From contig MU053881.1 of NCBI GenBank assembly GCA_013239625.1, positions 12,042,879 through 12,106,878 of the forward strand: a DNA stretch of 64,000 nt, read 5' to 3'. The DNA comes from Lama guanicoe (lineage: Eukaryota). The notes beneath the pieces are model-generated. The model was not told where the DNA came from and did not search any database. It saw nothing but the letters and a program-made list of their open reading frames with translations. Of the stretch, positions 14,150-26,598 are shown in pieces; within the stretch, counting starts at the first letter, position 1; every line of letters starts with the position of its first letter. A program made the position numbers and the translations under genes.

Positions 14150-14790
14150 CCTGTGAACAAATATGGATGAAGTGTCCATTCTGCGCCAGGTACATTCTGG
14201 GTCTTAGGGAGAATAGTGTGAGCAAAATAGACAAGACTCCTGTTCTCATACAGCTATGCACTGCTGATACAGAAAATGCACTGCTGATATTCAAGAGGAA
14301 TCCAGATGGATGGGGAGGGAGAAGATAGAAAAAAGTAATCAATAAATGAACAGCATAACTTCAAGTAGTGTTAATGCTGTGAGGAATAGCAATGGGATCC
14401 AGTAATGGAAGAGAGAGTAAGTGGTGTGAGTGGGAATGTGCTATCCAGATAGGGTGGTAAAAAAAAAAAAAGTCTTTCCAGAGGAGGAGACATTTGAGCT
14501 ATAATCTGAATGACAAGGAAAGAGCTGAACAAAAACTGGGTAAAGAACATTCTAGAAAGAAAGAGATTGTGCAAACGCACTAAGGCAGGAAGAAGTCTGG
14601 GTTGTTCAAGGAGCAGACAGAAAAGCTAGTGTTTGGAGTGAGCAAGGGGTGAATGGTGTAAAATGAGTGCTATCAACAGAGACTTAGATGATAAAAATCT
14701 TCATTTTTACAGAGTGGATTTTATTTTATGTGACATGAGTGGCCACTACAAGGTACTAGGCATGGGAGTTACTGGACCCAACTCATTTTG
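14150..14790 (-). mobile_element. L2 LINE 3' region
   Basis: 'tgcgccaggtacattctggg...gcaaaatagacaagactcctgttctcat', 'gaggaggagacatttgagct' antisense L2 motifs. Confidence 0.8.
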
Positions 14791-14876
14791 TTTCTTCAAT
14801 TAATTCCAATGTCCCTAACCAAAGCTATATTTCATTAATCCTGTATTTCAATCCTCCATCCCACCTCACCTCAACT

Positions 14877-15000
14877 CAAGTGAGAAGGCAAGCCAGGAAA
14901 AAAAAACCTTGATCTTGGGCTTCCCATCCTCCAGTATTGTGAGAAAATAAATTTCTGTTGTTTAATCTTCCCAGTTGATGGTACTTTGTTACGACAGCTC
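14877..15000 (+). mobile_element. MLT1 LTR 3' fragment
   Basis: 'ccttgatcttgggcttccca tcctccag...tgtgagaaaataaatttctgttgtttaa...ggtactttgttac'. Confidence 0.8.
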
Positions 15001-16346
15001 TTTGGATATGAGCCTACCAAAAAGTGATCAACATAGAGAAAGAGAAAATCTTGAGAAAGAAACACTAACCCCTATGACACACTTCAAAGTCACTGTGACT
15101 TTCAACCCAATGCTGATCAAAACTATTACATTCAGTCTGATGGATGGTCAAGAAATTGGTTTCCAAACTTTGCTCTGGTATAGAAAATCTACAGTGTACA
15201 CAACACCCCTTGACTTGTTCACAGCAGCACCCTCCTGAAACCAGTGATATCCCTGATGACAAGTCAAACATTCAAATATATGGCTGCATTAAATAAAGTA
15301 GCAGCAGTCATGCTATGTACATTTTCATTTTAGAGCAACGAAATTTATAGTGTGATACTGACTTCCTAATAGAAATTTACTATTATTTCTTCCAGAGACA
15401 TTTTTTCTGAAGATGTAAAGAGTATTTTGTGTTTTCAGCAAATGCAATTTTATTCTTCTTAATTAATAACACAATTGCTGTGTGTTTTCTGATTCTGATG
15501 CAATACAAGAGCCTTGCCAGTTGGAAGAGTTTGCCAAATGTGTCACGTTGTGTTGCTTAATTCCTTATTAGGAAAACTGTCTTGCCTCCAAGTCAGTTCT
15601 CTTTGCTACATTACAATGAAATTGTAAGTTACTTTGACAGGGAAACAGGAAAGGGAAGACTATACTTATAAATAAGAGCCTAGACAAAAGATGAAATGTA
15701 AAATTACTCCATAACCTATATGATGATTGAAAATCCTGATCAGCGTAAGCATGAAACTCAAATACAAAGGCTATCTTCTTTCCCCTCCAGTATCTTTATG
15801 AACATAATCAAGCCTTTGATACAGTCCTTACTAGCCAATGTTATAAACACTGTTAATGTCTCTGAACACATATGACTCATTTCCATTTTTAGCATTTACA
15901 TATGCTTAAAAATAAATGCCCAATAATTCCACTCAACTTAAATGTTGTTAAGAATCTACCAGAACTTACTCTTCAGTAAGAATAACAAAATAAGCTTATT
16001 TCATGGTTATGTGTGATTATTCTATTATAAAATATTCATAAAAGTGATTGTAATATATGACTATCTGCTTCAACATGCAGCCTAAGAACAAAAACAGGGT
16101 GGGAGCAGCAAAACGTTGCTCACGGTGGAGATTTGTTATTAAAAATGAAGTAACAGAAACTTAAGCAAGGGATTTTTCAGGCAAAGGGAAACAAACCATT
16201 CTGCTTTCCCAATGAATTGTTATAGTATTTAAGTCAATCAGTTTTGCTTGGTGAGTGTTTTTGTGCTAAACTTGTAGAGTACAGCATTAACTAATCATCT
16301 TTACCCTTGAAGAAGAATCCTTAACTTTCTGCTGCTTCTCCTCTCT

Positions 16347-16622
16347 CAAAAGGAAGAAAGGAAGGAAGGAAGAAGAAGGAAGAGGAAGGAATAGAGGGAA
16401 GGAGGGGAGAAAGGAAAAAGAGAGGGAGAGAAAGAAGGGAAAAGATTAGGAAAGGGGAAGGAGAAAAAAAGGAAGGGAAAAAGGAAGATTAAAAAAATTA
16501 GAGGGCTGGAAAGAAGAGCTTGGACATAGATTGGGGAAAAAAGCAAGCAAGCAAGCAAGCAAACAAGCAAGGAAAGGAAAGGAAAGAAAAGGAAGAAAGA
16601 AAGAAAGAAAGGAAGGAAAGGA
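16347..16622. repeat. Polypurine low-complexity tract (AAGG/GAAA/GCAA units)
   Basis: About 275 bp almost entirely A/G on the + strand. Confidence 0.9.
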
Positions 16623-17598
16623 ACCAGGTAGGTTTCAGGTTGCTTTAGGAGCAAGGAAAAAGTTAGGGAAACCATAGGTTAGACCCTCCCTTTCAATAAT
16701 GACCACTGTACCACAAGGCTTGTCAAATTTCACAACCTCTTGGAAGCAATGATTACATTAACCATAATCAGATGAGTGCCCTACAGGAGCCAGTCTGCTT
16801 GGGGAGCTCATAAACCAGGTCTGCAAACAAAGCTTCAGGTAGTTTGGACAGCAAAGCTCTGGCCTGCTCACCAATAGCGGCTTTTGGATATCCTGCATTA
16901 CTGCACAATATGTCACTCTTTAAAGGTAAGGAAATAATGCCCACCAGCAATCATCTTTCATCAGTCATTTGGGTCTCACTAGAAATTAGGTTCAAGTTGC
17001 CAGGGCCTGGTGTGAATGTTCCTTTGCAACATACCTGGGCTTCACGCTGCTTTGTTATGTGGCTACTTATATAATTTATAGCCTCAACACTTGGGCCAGG
17101 ATTACAGGGAATCTATGCCCAGTGTCTACATTTTGTTCTTCCATTTGGCTGAGCATGTACCTTAAAGAAATAATCTTAATAGTTCTGTATTTCCCTTTTC
17201 TCTAAATAGCTTTCTTGTTTAAACAAATACTTAGCACAAAAATAAAACATAGAAGAGGGACTTTATTCCCATCTTGATTCTTTGTACCTTACTCTTCTTG
17301 CCTGAGTCCCCAAGGAAGGCAAAAAGAAAAATTTCACTTATTCATGTTGTACATTGCTTCTTTTAACCACAGGCTTAATCTTGATCTTCATAGCGGAGAT
17401 CCCCCACGCTTAGTGAACAGTATGTGTCTTTTATGTGGAACCACAATCCTCCTAATATCCCAGGTGTATTTCTCAAATAATCTGTTCTTTTTAAAAAAGT
17501 ACTGGCCCTCATTGCCAAACCATTAAGAATTAGAGGAAACAGTCCAAGAAAGGTATACATAAAGGGGGTAGGTTCAAAACCGAGGTACTGCTAATATA

Positions 17599-17959
17599 TG
17601 TATTGTCTTGTTAGGATTGCTACAACAAACTATAACAGAGTGGCTGGTTTAAACAAACAAACATTTGTTTTTCAAAGTTCTGGACGCTGAAGTCTGAGAT
17701 CAAGGTGCAAGCACGATTGGGTTCTTGGGGAGGGCTGTCTTCCTGGTTTACAGACAGTGGTCTTCTTGCTGCATCACCACATGGCAGAAGGGCTCACTCA
17801 CTCCCCAGCCTCCTCTTATAAGGGCACTAATCCCATTCACGAGGGCTCCACCCTCATGACCTACTCACTTCCAAAAAGCCTCATCTCCTAATAACATCAC
17901 ATTGGGATTGGGGTTTCAACATATGAATTTGGGGGGACACAAACATTCTTTAGACAGAC
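17599..17959 (-). mobile_element. MLT1A-like solo LTR (MaLR)
   Basis: 'aagttctggacgctgaagtctgagatcaaggtgc', 'ttataagggcactaatcccattcacgagggctccaccctcatgacc', 'tttcaacatatgaatttggggggacacaaacattc'. Confidence 0.9.
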
Positions 17960-19243
17960 AACTAGATACCTTGATTCCAAGTGCAATAAGGAATAAAGGA
18001 AAAATTATGAAATATCATTGACACCTTTTATCTACATCAAAAATCCTAATTCATGGCTTTTACATAGGTTCCAGCACTCCTACCTTAAAGGATATGTATT
18101 GCTGTCATTATTGCTTTAATTGCATCTTAAGAAACTACTTGAAAAAAAACCACTGAATATTGCAAATGAAAGTACCTGTATTGGTAAAACTGGTATTTGA
18201 AAAATGACAGTAGAAAAGATTAAGTTTTTAATCAGTAAGAACTCCACACCTTCTCAACTAAAAGTACATAATTTGAGCATCCATTTACTCTAGCAACAAA
18301 CAGAAGGCTGGTTAAAATGAGCAAAATGTATGTACACATTTTATGCCTCTTTATACAATTATAGACTCTCGAACAGTATTAAAAAGACAGGTAAAACAAA
18401 TTACTGTAGTGTGGCAACTGACATACCAGCACACATGTGACTACTAATGTGAATTAACAGGGGAAAATGGGAGTCCATTGTCTTTTAATCTTGATTTTCC
18501 TCTGAGATATTAAAAGTGGCAGACTACCTTAGCGATAAATATAATATACAATAAAAGCTGTAGGGGTGGACTTCCCCCAGACATCTGCCATCATGATACT
18601 GTCTATAAACACAGAAGCAAAAATAACAGGATTGGCAAGATCAAGCTTCCTAGAAAACTATTTCTGCAAAAAAGGCAAAAAACTTGAAGCTTTCTCATTA
18701 TTCTCTTCCCAAGGAATAAAAACATGACCACTGTGACACGTTTCAAGACTCAGGATAAGTGGCAAACCAGCCCTAAACCCACATATCCACTTCAGAACAA
18801 CTGCTCATTTAGAATCCTTCTGAACAAAGATGGCACATAGTGTGGAATCTTTCCACTTCACTTGCTAGTCCCTTTGAAGAGCTGCACTTGACATTCAGTG
18901 ACAAATAACCTCCCTCAAGGTTCTTAAGTCACATATCACCTACTGCAGACTTGAGATTTAAGTCCTGTACAAGAGAATCACTCTTTACTGAGCCAAAAAC
19001 ATCCTTCCTGAGATTTCTCACCTTCTCCTCCAAATCTGAGCCCTCTGCAACAGACTTTCTTGAAGGAGGTCTTTAAAACAGAAAGTAGCTGTGTTCCTGT
19101 CTCACAAAAGAATTCAGAATTAAATCTGAATTATGAATTAAAATATATTCATAGGATTTTACTCATAGCAGGAAAATACATATTAAAATATAAATTTACT
19201 ATATGCTCATTATGTTCCTTTGTAGGAAATGAATTAAAATTGG

Positions 19244-19461
19244 AATTGGGCCAATATGGCAGAATAGGAAGTCCCTGAGCTCATCTCTCATACGTACACC
19301 AAAATTACAACAATACAGGGAAGCTATTGATGAGAAAGATCAGTCTCTAGCAGAAAAGATCTTCTATAACTAAAAACATAAAGAAGGAATCATAAGTCAG
19401 ATAAAAGGGGTGGAGCGGCAGTATAGTCAAGTTCATACCCCTAGGTGGGCAACCCACAAAT
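19244..19461 (+). mobile_element. Probable L1 5'-UTR start fragment
   Basis: 'ccaatatggcagaataggaagtccctgagctca' and 'catacccctaggtgggcaacccacaaa' resemble recalled laurasiatherian L1 5' ends. Confidence 0.55.
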
Positions 19462-19511
19462 ACTAGCATTCTTTCTAGAAAATCAATGTGAAATTGAAAA
19501 TCAAGGCAATA

Positions 19512-19709
19512 CAGTCATTCCCCTGGGTCTGTATGAACTGCTTCCAGGACACTCCGAAATACCAAAATCTGTAGATGCTCAAGTCCCCTATATAAATGAC
19601 ATAGTACAATCGCCCTACGTATTCTCAGTTCCATATTCGTAATTCAACTAATCAAAGTCCGTTGGTTGAAACTGCAGATGTGGAACCTATGGATATGGAA
19701 GGCCAACTG
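19512..19709. mobile_element. MER2-like TcMar-Tigger MITE
   Basis: cagt...actg termini flanked by TA on both sides; 'ataccaaaatctgtagatgctcaagtccc'. Confidence 0.85.
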
Positions 19710-21874
19710 TACATAGTTCTAGAAAACAGGGGTATATCAGACATCTTTTTTGTACGTATATGATGGTGGAAGTGAGAAATGACAGAATCTTTCACCTCTA
19801 ATGCAATCTGAAATGTACAAGCAGTGATGTGAATAGAATCTTTCCAGGGTTTCTGTTGTTTTTAATAATGTTTCTCATACTCGTCAGAGCATGTGAATGT
19901 GTGTCTCAATAATTTTACATAAAATATGCAAACAGTCCAACCGTTCCACTGGCTATATAACATACAGAGCTTGTGCAATTTTGTGGGTTTAGAAAAATGA
20001 ACCAACTGAACATTTTAGTTGCAAATAGGCATTCGCAAAGAAAGCCATTAAGGTCCTTACAAAATGAACAGATAGGAGTTTCTGACAGGAGCTCTGTTGG
20101 CTTCTCTCTCTAAATAGGCAAGACTAGGAAATGCATGATGGAGAGTTCCCATTTTCTGCATCCTTCTTACATTTACCACCTTGCTTGATCATCTGTTACA
20201 ACCTTCCCAAGCCAATCTCTTTTTTATTTGCATGTGGAAGAGAGGCATTCCCTAAGGAAATATACAAAATTGAGATATTTTATGGGTGCGCTCAGCACGT
20301 AACAAATGCCTTATGGCAACCATCTGAAATGTAGCAATTTTGCATTTTCTAAGTTCATTTACTACACTCTGCTATACTCCTGAGACATAACCAAGACCCT
20401 AAGTGTTTCATCACGTCTAGAAGACACTCAGAGATGAAACTTCTATAAAGTAATAAGTCTCCTTGGGCATACCCATTGCTTCCAGGTAACCTTAACTATG
20501 ATAGTCATTAATAAAGTGGTTGGTGGGAGTATCCTGTCTTAGTCACAATTAAAATAAATAAAAGGATACCAAAGGTTACATAATTCAACACTTTCAAGAT
20601 TTGCCTGGTGTACTTTTTATACATACCTCAATCTTTGGCAAGATAATTATATATAATAAAGGCAACTTTTAAAAAGCAACTGTGGTTGACAAAGTATCAA
20701 AGTTTCAAATATATTTAATAGTAGGTAGTTGGGGCTACATTAAAATAATGAAATGTACCTCTGATAATTTCATTATTAAATTGATCTTCCCAGTGCTTAC
20801 AATATATCACCTCCTATTCAGAATCTAACACTTCCTCACTAGATACTGGACTTTGTACATCTTAGAACACATGATGTGACAGGTCTACCCCACCTACATC
20901 TCTGAATTTAACTCTCACTGCTACACTGGATAAACTGTCTCAGTCTGCTTCTTCTACTTACTGTTACAGGAATAAGATGTCACCATTCCCGTATGAACTT
21001 TGCTTACAGCATTCTTTCCGTCTGTTGGCTTCTCTCTTGTTCATTTAAAAGCACCTCCTTCTTATCAAGATCTCCAGAGATGGTGTCAGAGTTTGGTGAT
21101 GATAATGATATCAGCTTCTTAGTAAGAAAAATTATTATTCTTATTATCTACCAGATGCTGTGCTTGGAATATCCTCATTTTGTAAGAATTCTCATCCTCG
21201 GTATTAAGACATCAAATACAAAAAATCACTTCTAATTCTCATAAAGTTCATTTATGCAGTCCACATATAATTGTTCAATTGCCTAAAGTGTGGAAATATA
21301 ACATTGGTCAAGTCTGACATGGGCCTTGCCCTCATGGAGGGCATCACGGCACGTGAGGGAGGGCAACAGCTAAACTATGAAGCAAGTATTACTATTACTT
21401 GATGCCACAGATGGACAATACAGGCTTAGAGAAGAGAAGTAACCTAGCCAACTCCCCACACCAAGCAGAGTTGGATTTCCTCGTCCATTTTTTCCAATCA
21501 TACTCTCATTCCTTGGTCTACCTTGTTTACCTAAGTTCTTAAGGCATTGTGTGCATGCAACATTCATTTGGCACTTACTATATGCTATTTTGCATTGATA
21601 TTTAAATTTCCATATGTGCATCCTTTCTTCCTAAATAAAATGTTAAAGCCCTTGAAAGTAATGACTTCATCACATATCTTTTGTATCCTTGAAGCCCAAG
21701 ACAGTGTTCAATCTGAAAGGGAAATATTCAGTAAGCTCGATGATAACATGAAGTCTCCCATTTGCAGTTATTATCAACAGATATTATGATAAGTTTACAA
21801 TAGCTGATATTTAATAAGTAGCAAGCATGAAGAATATCTGCCTAGACACATTGCCAGTGTCAAGCATGTTATTT

Positions 21875-22025
21875 CTTTTTAAAAAATTTTTTTTGCAGGG
21901 GAGATAATTAGGCTTTATTTATTTGCTTGTTTGTTTATTTTAACAGAGGTATTAGAGATTGAATCCAGGTCCTCTTATACGCTAAGCACACACTTTACCT
22001 CTAAGCTATACCCCGCCAACACCCC
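21875..22025 (-). mobile_element. Camelid tRNA-derived SINE (Vic-1 type) with 12-bp TSD
   Basis: Minus strand reads GGGGTATAGCTTAGAGGTAAAG (A box)...GGATTCAATCTC (B box)...CCTAATTATCTCCCC and an A-tail; TSD agcatgttattt at 21863-21874 and 22026-22037. Confidence 0.9.
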
Positions 22026-22099
22026 AGCATGTTATTTTAAAGCATATCAGATACATGTTAGGGCATATCAAGTTATTAAACTGTGAAAATGATGACACA

Positions 22100-22745
22100 A
22101 GGCTATTCTCCAATTTATAGATTTTATTCAGATTTTGCCAATGGTCCTAGTAATAATTTATATAGCAAAAGAATATCCAAGACGATGTATTGCATTCAGT
22201 TGTCCTATCACTTTAGTCTCCTTTAAACTAAACAGTTACTGAGTCTTTATATTTCAAGACCTCGACTTCTACAAAGAGAATAGTCCAGCTTTTTATAGAA
22301 TGTCTCTAAGTTGGATTTTTGTGATAGGTCCTCATGATTAGATTCATACTGTAGACTTTTGGCAGGAGCACCTCACAGGTGATAAGGTGATGTAGAGTCC
22401 TGAAGGCAAGTTTCAGGAGGTATATGCTAATGATTAGTCCCATGACTGGGACTAACTGGAGAAAGTGATGTCTGCTAGGATTCTCTAAACTGCAAAGTTA
22501 ACATTTTGCCCTTTGTAACTGACAAGTCTTGCAAGGAGGTAAATTGAGACTATGTAAATATTCTGTTACTCCTTAAACTTTCACCTTCTGGTTTTCATAT
22601 CCATTAATAATTCCTGCCTGAATCAATTATTATTATTAATTATCCAATGATAATTATAATTCTATTATTCTCTCCATGTATTTATTAGCTGTTTGGAAAA
22701 AAACAAACTATGAGGGAGAGATTTCTCTTTATTTAGTTAGTTACA
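22100..22745 (-). mobile_element. Old L1 (L1MC4/5-like) 3'UTR
   Basis: 'ttgcattcagttgtcctatcactttagtctcctttaa', 'cctcatgattagattca...ttttggcagga'. Confidence 0.8.
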
Positions 22746-22988
22746 TCATCAGCAAGTCCTACATTTTTAAATACCATCTTCATACCTCTCCAGCCTCAAC
22801 CTCCCCTTCACTCAGGAATATTTCCATTGGCAGGATACATAATAATGACTAGGTATCTAACAGAAATCTCAAAATTAACATATGCAGAATTGAGCATTTA
22901 ACGTGACTCATAACAGCTCATGCCTACTATTTCCCAGTCTTCCCCATCTCAGAAATAAGAGTCAGAGGGATCCATTTAAAAACATAAA

Positions 22989-23204
22989 CCACTTCACATT
23001 CTTTTCTGTTATAGGCTATTACATGGTCCTGAATACAATCCCCTATGCTATACAGTAGAAACTAGTTACCTATTTTATATATAGCAGTTAGTATTTGCAA
23101 ATCCCTGTGTGTGTGTGTGTGTATATAACTGAACCTTTATGTTGTACACCAGAAATTAACACATTGTAAACCGACTATACTTCAATATAAAAAGAAAAAT
23201 AAAT
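22989..23204 (+). mobile_element. Short lineage-specific L1 3' end with 5' inversion and 11-bp TSD
   Basis: 22989-23106 is antisense L1 3'UTR; 23107-23204 is the sense terminus plus A-tail; TSD aaaaacataaa at 22978-22988 and 23205-23215. Confidence 0.9.
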
Positions 23205-23448
23205 AAAAACATAAATTACATCATATTGCCTCTCTACTCAAAACACTCAGAAGGCCTACCTTATAATAAAAATTTAAAGCTAAGTCCTTTACCATGATCT
23301 TCAGGATCTACACAGCTTTGCCTCAACACCTCCACCACCTCACATCTCTTCTTTGCCTCCCCACATACTCAGGGCCTTTGGACTATCTTTTCCCCTGGCC
23401 TGAAGCTATCTTCCTATCCAGATCCAAAGGTCTCATTTGTTCACAGTC

Positions 23449-23831
23449 TGTGTTAGCCAGGGTTCTTTAAAGAAACAGAACCAGTAAGAAGTGTATATTA
23501 TTGCTGATTCAAGACCTAGGAAGAGCCAGTGTTGCAGTGTGAGTCCGAAGGCAGGAAGAATTCATGTCCCAGCCCAAAGGCAATCAGGCAGGAAGAATTC
23601 CTTCTTACTCATGGGAAGATCAGTCCTTTTTTTTCTATTCAGGACTTCAACTGATTGAATGTGGCCCACCCACATTAGGGAGGGCAATCTGCTTTACTCA
23701 GTTTACCAACTCAAATTCAAATGTTAATCTCATCCAAAAACACCATCATAGAAACACCTAGAAAAATATTTGACCAAATTTCTAGGCACCTTGTGGCTCA
23801 ATCAAGTTGACACATAAAATTAACCATTACA
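23449..23831 (-). mobile_element. MLT2 (ERVL) solo LTR with 5-bp TSD
   Basis: TG...CA ends; 'gggttctttaaagaaacagaacca', 'caagttgacacataaaattaaccattaca'; TSD cagtc at 23444-23448 and 23832-23836. Confidence 0.93.
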
Positions 23832-24480
23832 CAGTCTTTTACAGTTTTGCTGAGATATTATATCAAATAGGATGTCTCTAACCTTCTGTATAAAATTACA
23901 ACCACATTCTATTTCCTTTACTCTCCCTTGTTTTTCTTTCTAGCACTTATCACCAACTGATGTATTGTACAGGTGTTCTTTGTTTACATTCTCTTCCTTC
24001 CTACCTCTCACCCAATACATTTGATTATAAGCTCCATGAAAGCATGGACTTCTACTCACTGCTTTATTTCTAGTGCTTGAAACAAAGAGATAATAATTAA
24101 ACATTTGCCCATTGAATGGGTGAATACTTCCCTCACCTGCATTATTACTTAAAGGTAAACTAGCCTGTTCTTTTATCATAAAGAAAAGTAATATACCATA
24201 TAACTTAAGTCATTCATGTATGATAACCTAGAGACAACCTTCTGTAAGGTAGCCACTGGTGACATGTGGACACTGCCTTTTTGTTTTAGAATATACACAT
24301 TAAGTGGATTATCATCATCACTCTTAAAAAATAGATGCTGATTTCTCAGTAGTCACGAAGGCAGCAGCAAATATTCTGATGAGCTTTTAAAGATTACCAA
24401 GTTCAGCATAATTGTCAGAATTATGGATACAGATTTATATCTTAAAGCTTTTGCTAATTTTTTTTCAATAGGTAAATTTC

Positions 24481-24750
24481 AGGGGGTGGGAAGGGAAAGA
24501 CTGGGATTTCAAAATGTAGAATAGATAAACAAGATTATACTGGCACAGTGAAAAATATACAAGACCTCGTGGTAGTTCACAGGGAAAAAAAATGTGACAA
24601 TGAATATATGTATGTTCACGTATAACTGAAAACTTGTGCTCTACACTGAAATTTGACACAACATTGTAAAATGACTATAACTCAATAAAAAATGTTTAAA
24701 AAAGGCCATCTGAAATAATTTTTAAAATAAAAAAGTGCATATCTAAAAAA
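24481..24750 (+). mobile_element. Young L1 3'UTR fragment with extra 3' segment
   Basis: G-rich tract then 'gacacaacattgtaaaatgactataactcaataaaaaa'; imperfect 14-bp TSD at 24467-24480 and 24751-24764. Confidence 0.88.
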
Positions 24751-25000
24751 AATAGATAAATGTCTCAGCTAATCAAATAACATTTTACACCAGTTATCAA
24801 TTGAAAAGCTGTGATGACTACATTTCTGTGTTGAAATAAGCCAGCACAGTGATCAGTTAATAAAGAGTATATATACTGTGCTTTCAACTCCGATTTTTTG
24901 TTTATCCTGACAACCATCTCCATTCTGCTGCCTAGACTCACTTTACAGATAAAAGGAAAACATTTTTCTTTTTCATTTTCCTTCTCCTAGTTGCCCTCTC

Positions 25001-25028
25001 TCTCATTTGATCTCATTTGATCTCATTT
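25001..25028. repeat. 10-bp tandem repeat (tctcatttga) x2.8
   Basis: Seen directly. Confidence 0.85.
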
Positions 25029-26030
25029 CTAATTTTGACTTCTGTTAAGAAATGAAATTTTCTATATTCAATCTACAATGCCCTGTATCTTCATCAATTT
25101 TGCTTCAACAGTACACAAATCTGGAAACTGATAACTGTAGCCTGTCAGAAGGTATTTCTATAATAAGGCAGAAGTTTCTATAATTCATTTTTAAGGAAAC
25201 TTTCCTAATGAATTTTTAAAGCTTTTTTTTTTCATTCTTAGCATCAAAGTCTATTATTTTCATAAGCCGTTTGGGGAATGGTATATCCACATGTGAAACT
25301 TTGATAACATCCTTCATTATGTTCTTAACAAATGTAGAACTCAATTATTTCAAATCTGTTCAATTAATGCTCTATTGCTTTTTCATGCTGGTCAGTCAGT
25401 CTTTTAAGCTCTTTGCAGAAATAACAGGAGCTTAAACCACATAATACTTGGTGTTTGAGGAGGGGGTATGCTTTGAAAGGCTCAATTCTCTAAGCAAAGT
25501 AGTTCTGAAAACTGTTTTCATTTTCTTGATGATAATCCATCAATTTCTACAGTGGTTAAAATGATATAAAGCAGTTAAGCCATGGAGTTTCAAGCCTTAC
25601 CTACCACTGGAAGTAAGCTTAAGCACTGTTTGGAAGAATGTAAAAACATTTTTATACAAAGAAAAATTAATAGCCTCCAGCATTTGGATAAGGACAAAAT
25701 AATCCATAAGCTCTGATGTTTTAGTTTACTTGGGGAGCCTTCAGAAAGTGTCAAAATGGAAAAAACAAGTATCTCATGGATATCCTTAAAGGAAAATCCT
25801 AGAAACTAGATCTTTTCCCCCTAGTGACATATGTATTCATTTACTGTAAATACAAAGAATCAGACTCAAAATGGACTGTCCCAGCTCAATGACGCCAGAG
25901 AAAACTTGTTGGTTAATAATTGTAGAAAAGGTTCAAGAAGCTAGGAAATAGAGACTGATTCTCCTCTCATCTGCCAGAAATTTCAGCACAAGTTTGTTAT
26001 AAGGCAGCAATAATCTCAAGTTTCTAGAGC

Positions 26031-26244
26031 AGAGAAAAAGTTTAGCAAACTATAGTCCTGGATCAAACCTAGCTAAGGGCATGCTATGGAATGTTCTTTA
26101 TATTTTTGAAGAGTTGTTTTAAAAAAAAAAAAGGAAAGAAAGAAAGTAGAAGAAGAGTGACATGCAAAAGATAACTGTATGTAGCCAGCAAATCCTAAAG
26201 TATTTATACCAGGCACTATACAGAAAAAGTTTGCTGATCCCTGT
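26031..26244. mobile_element. MER58A-like hAT-Charlie MITE
   Basis: 'agcaaactatagtcc' ... 'cctaaagtattta...tacagaaaaagtttgctgatccctg'. Confidence 0.75.
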
Positions 26245-26390
26245 TCTGATACATAGCCTGAAATTTAAATTTAATATTCCTTTTTTCCTTTACCAGGAAA
26301 GCAACAAACCAGGACACAGATAACTAGAACCAAGAAAAAGTAAAAATACCGTATCTACCACAAAAATTATCCAGGAATATGGATAAAATG

Positions 26391-26598
26391 CAATAATGTG
26401 CTTGAGCTGGTTCATACTAGCTTCCAAGAACCAATTATAAAATTTTCAGGAATTTTGTAAGTTAGTTGGTAAACCACTGCCAGTTTGAAATCAGCCATTT
26501 GTGAGAGTATTTACACCACAGAAATTAACAAACACTATAAAAATAGGGCTTTGGGTGGGGGGAGTTTTTCTTTTGTCTGTTTTCCAACACACCCATGA
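26391..26598. mobile_element. MER63-like hAT-Blackjack MITE
   Basis: 'aaattttcaggaattttg', 'ttgaaatcagccat...gagtatttacaccacagaaatt'. Confidence 0.8.

Larger units (their letters stand above)
22780..24125 (+). mobile_element. L2 LINE 3' region, interrupted by a short L1 and an MLT2 LTR
   Basis: 'tctcaaaattaacatatgc', 'tcagggcctttggact', 'tataagctccatgaaagcatggact...aaacatttgcccattgaatggg'. Confidence 0.75.

Noticed and set aside
16346..16675. 109-aa F/L/S/P-rich membrane-like ORF
   Set aside because: It is the translation of the polypyrimidine strand of a simple repeat.
16768..16950. Protein-looking ORF SDILCSNAGYPKAAIGEQARALLSKLPEALFADLVYELPKQ after a plausible acceptor
   Set aside because: No recognisable homolog and no supported partner exon; cannot be distinguished from chance without a search.
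17373..17419. Plus-strand 47-nt candidate exon (ttttaaccacag / gtatgt; LNLDLHSGDPPRLVN)
   Set aside because: Isolated, unrecognised peptide; such pseudo-exons are common.
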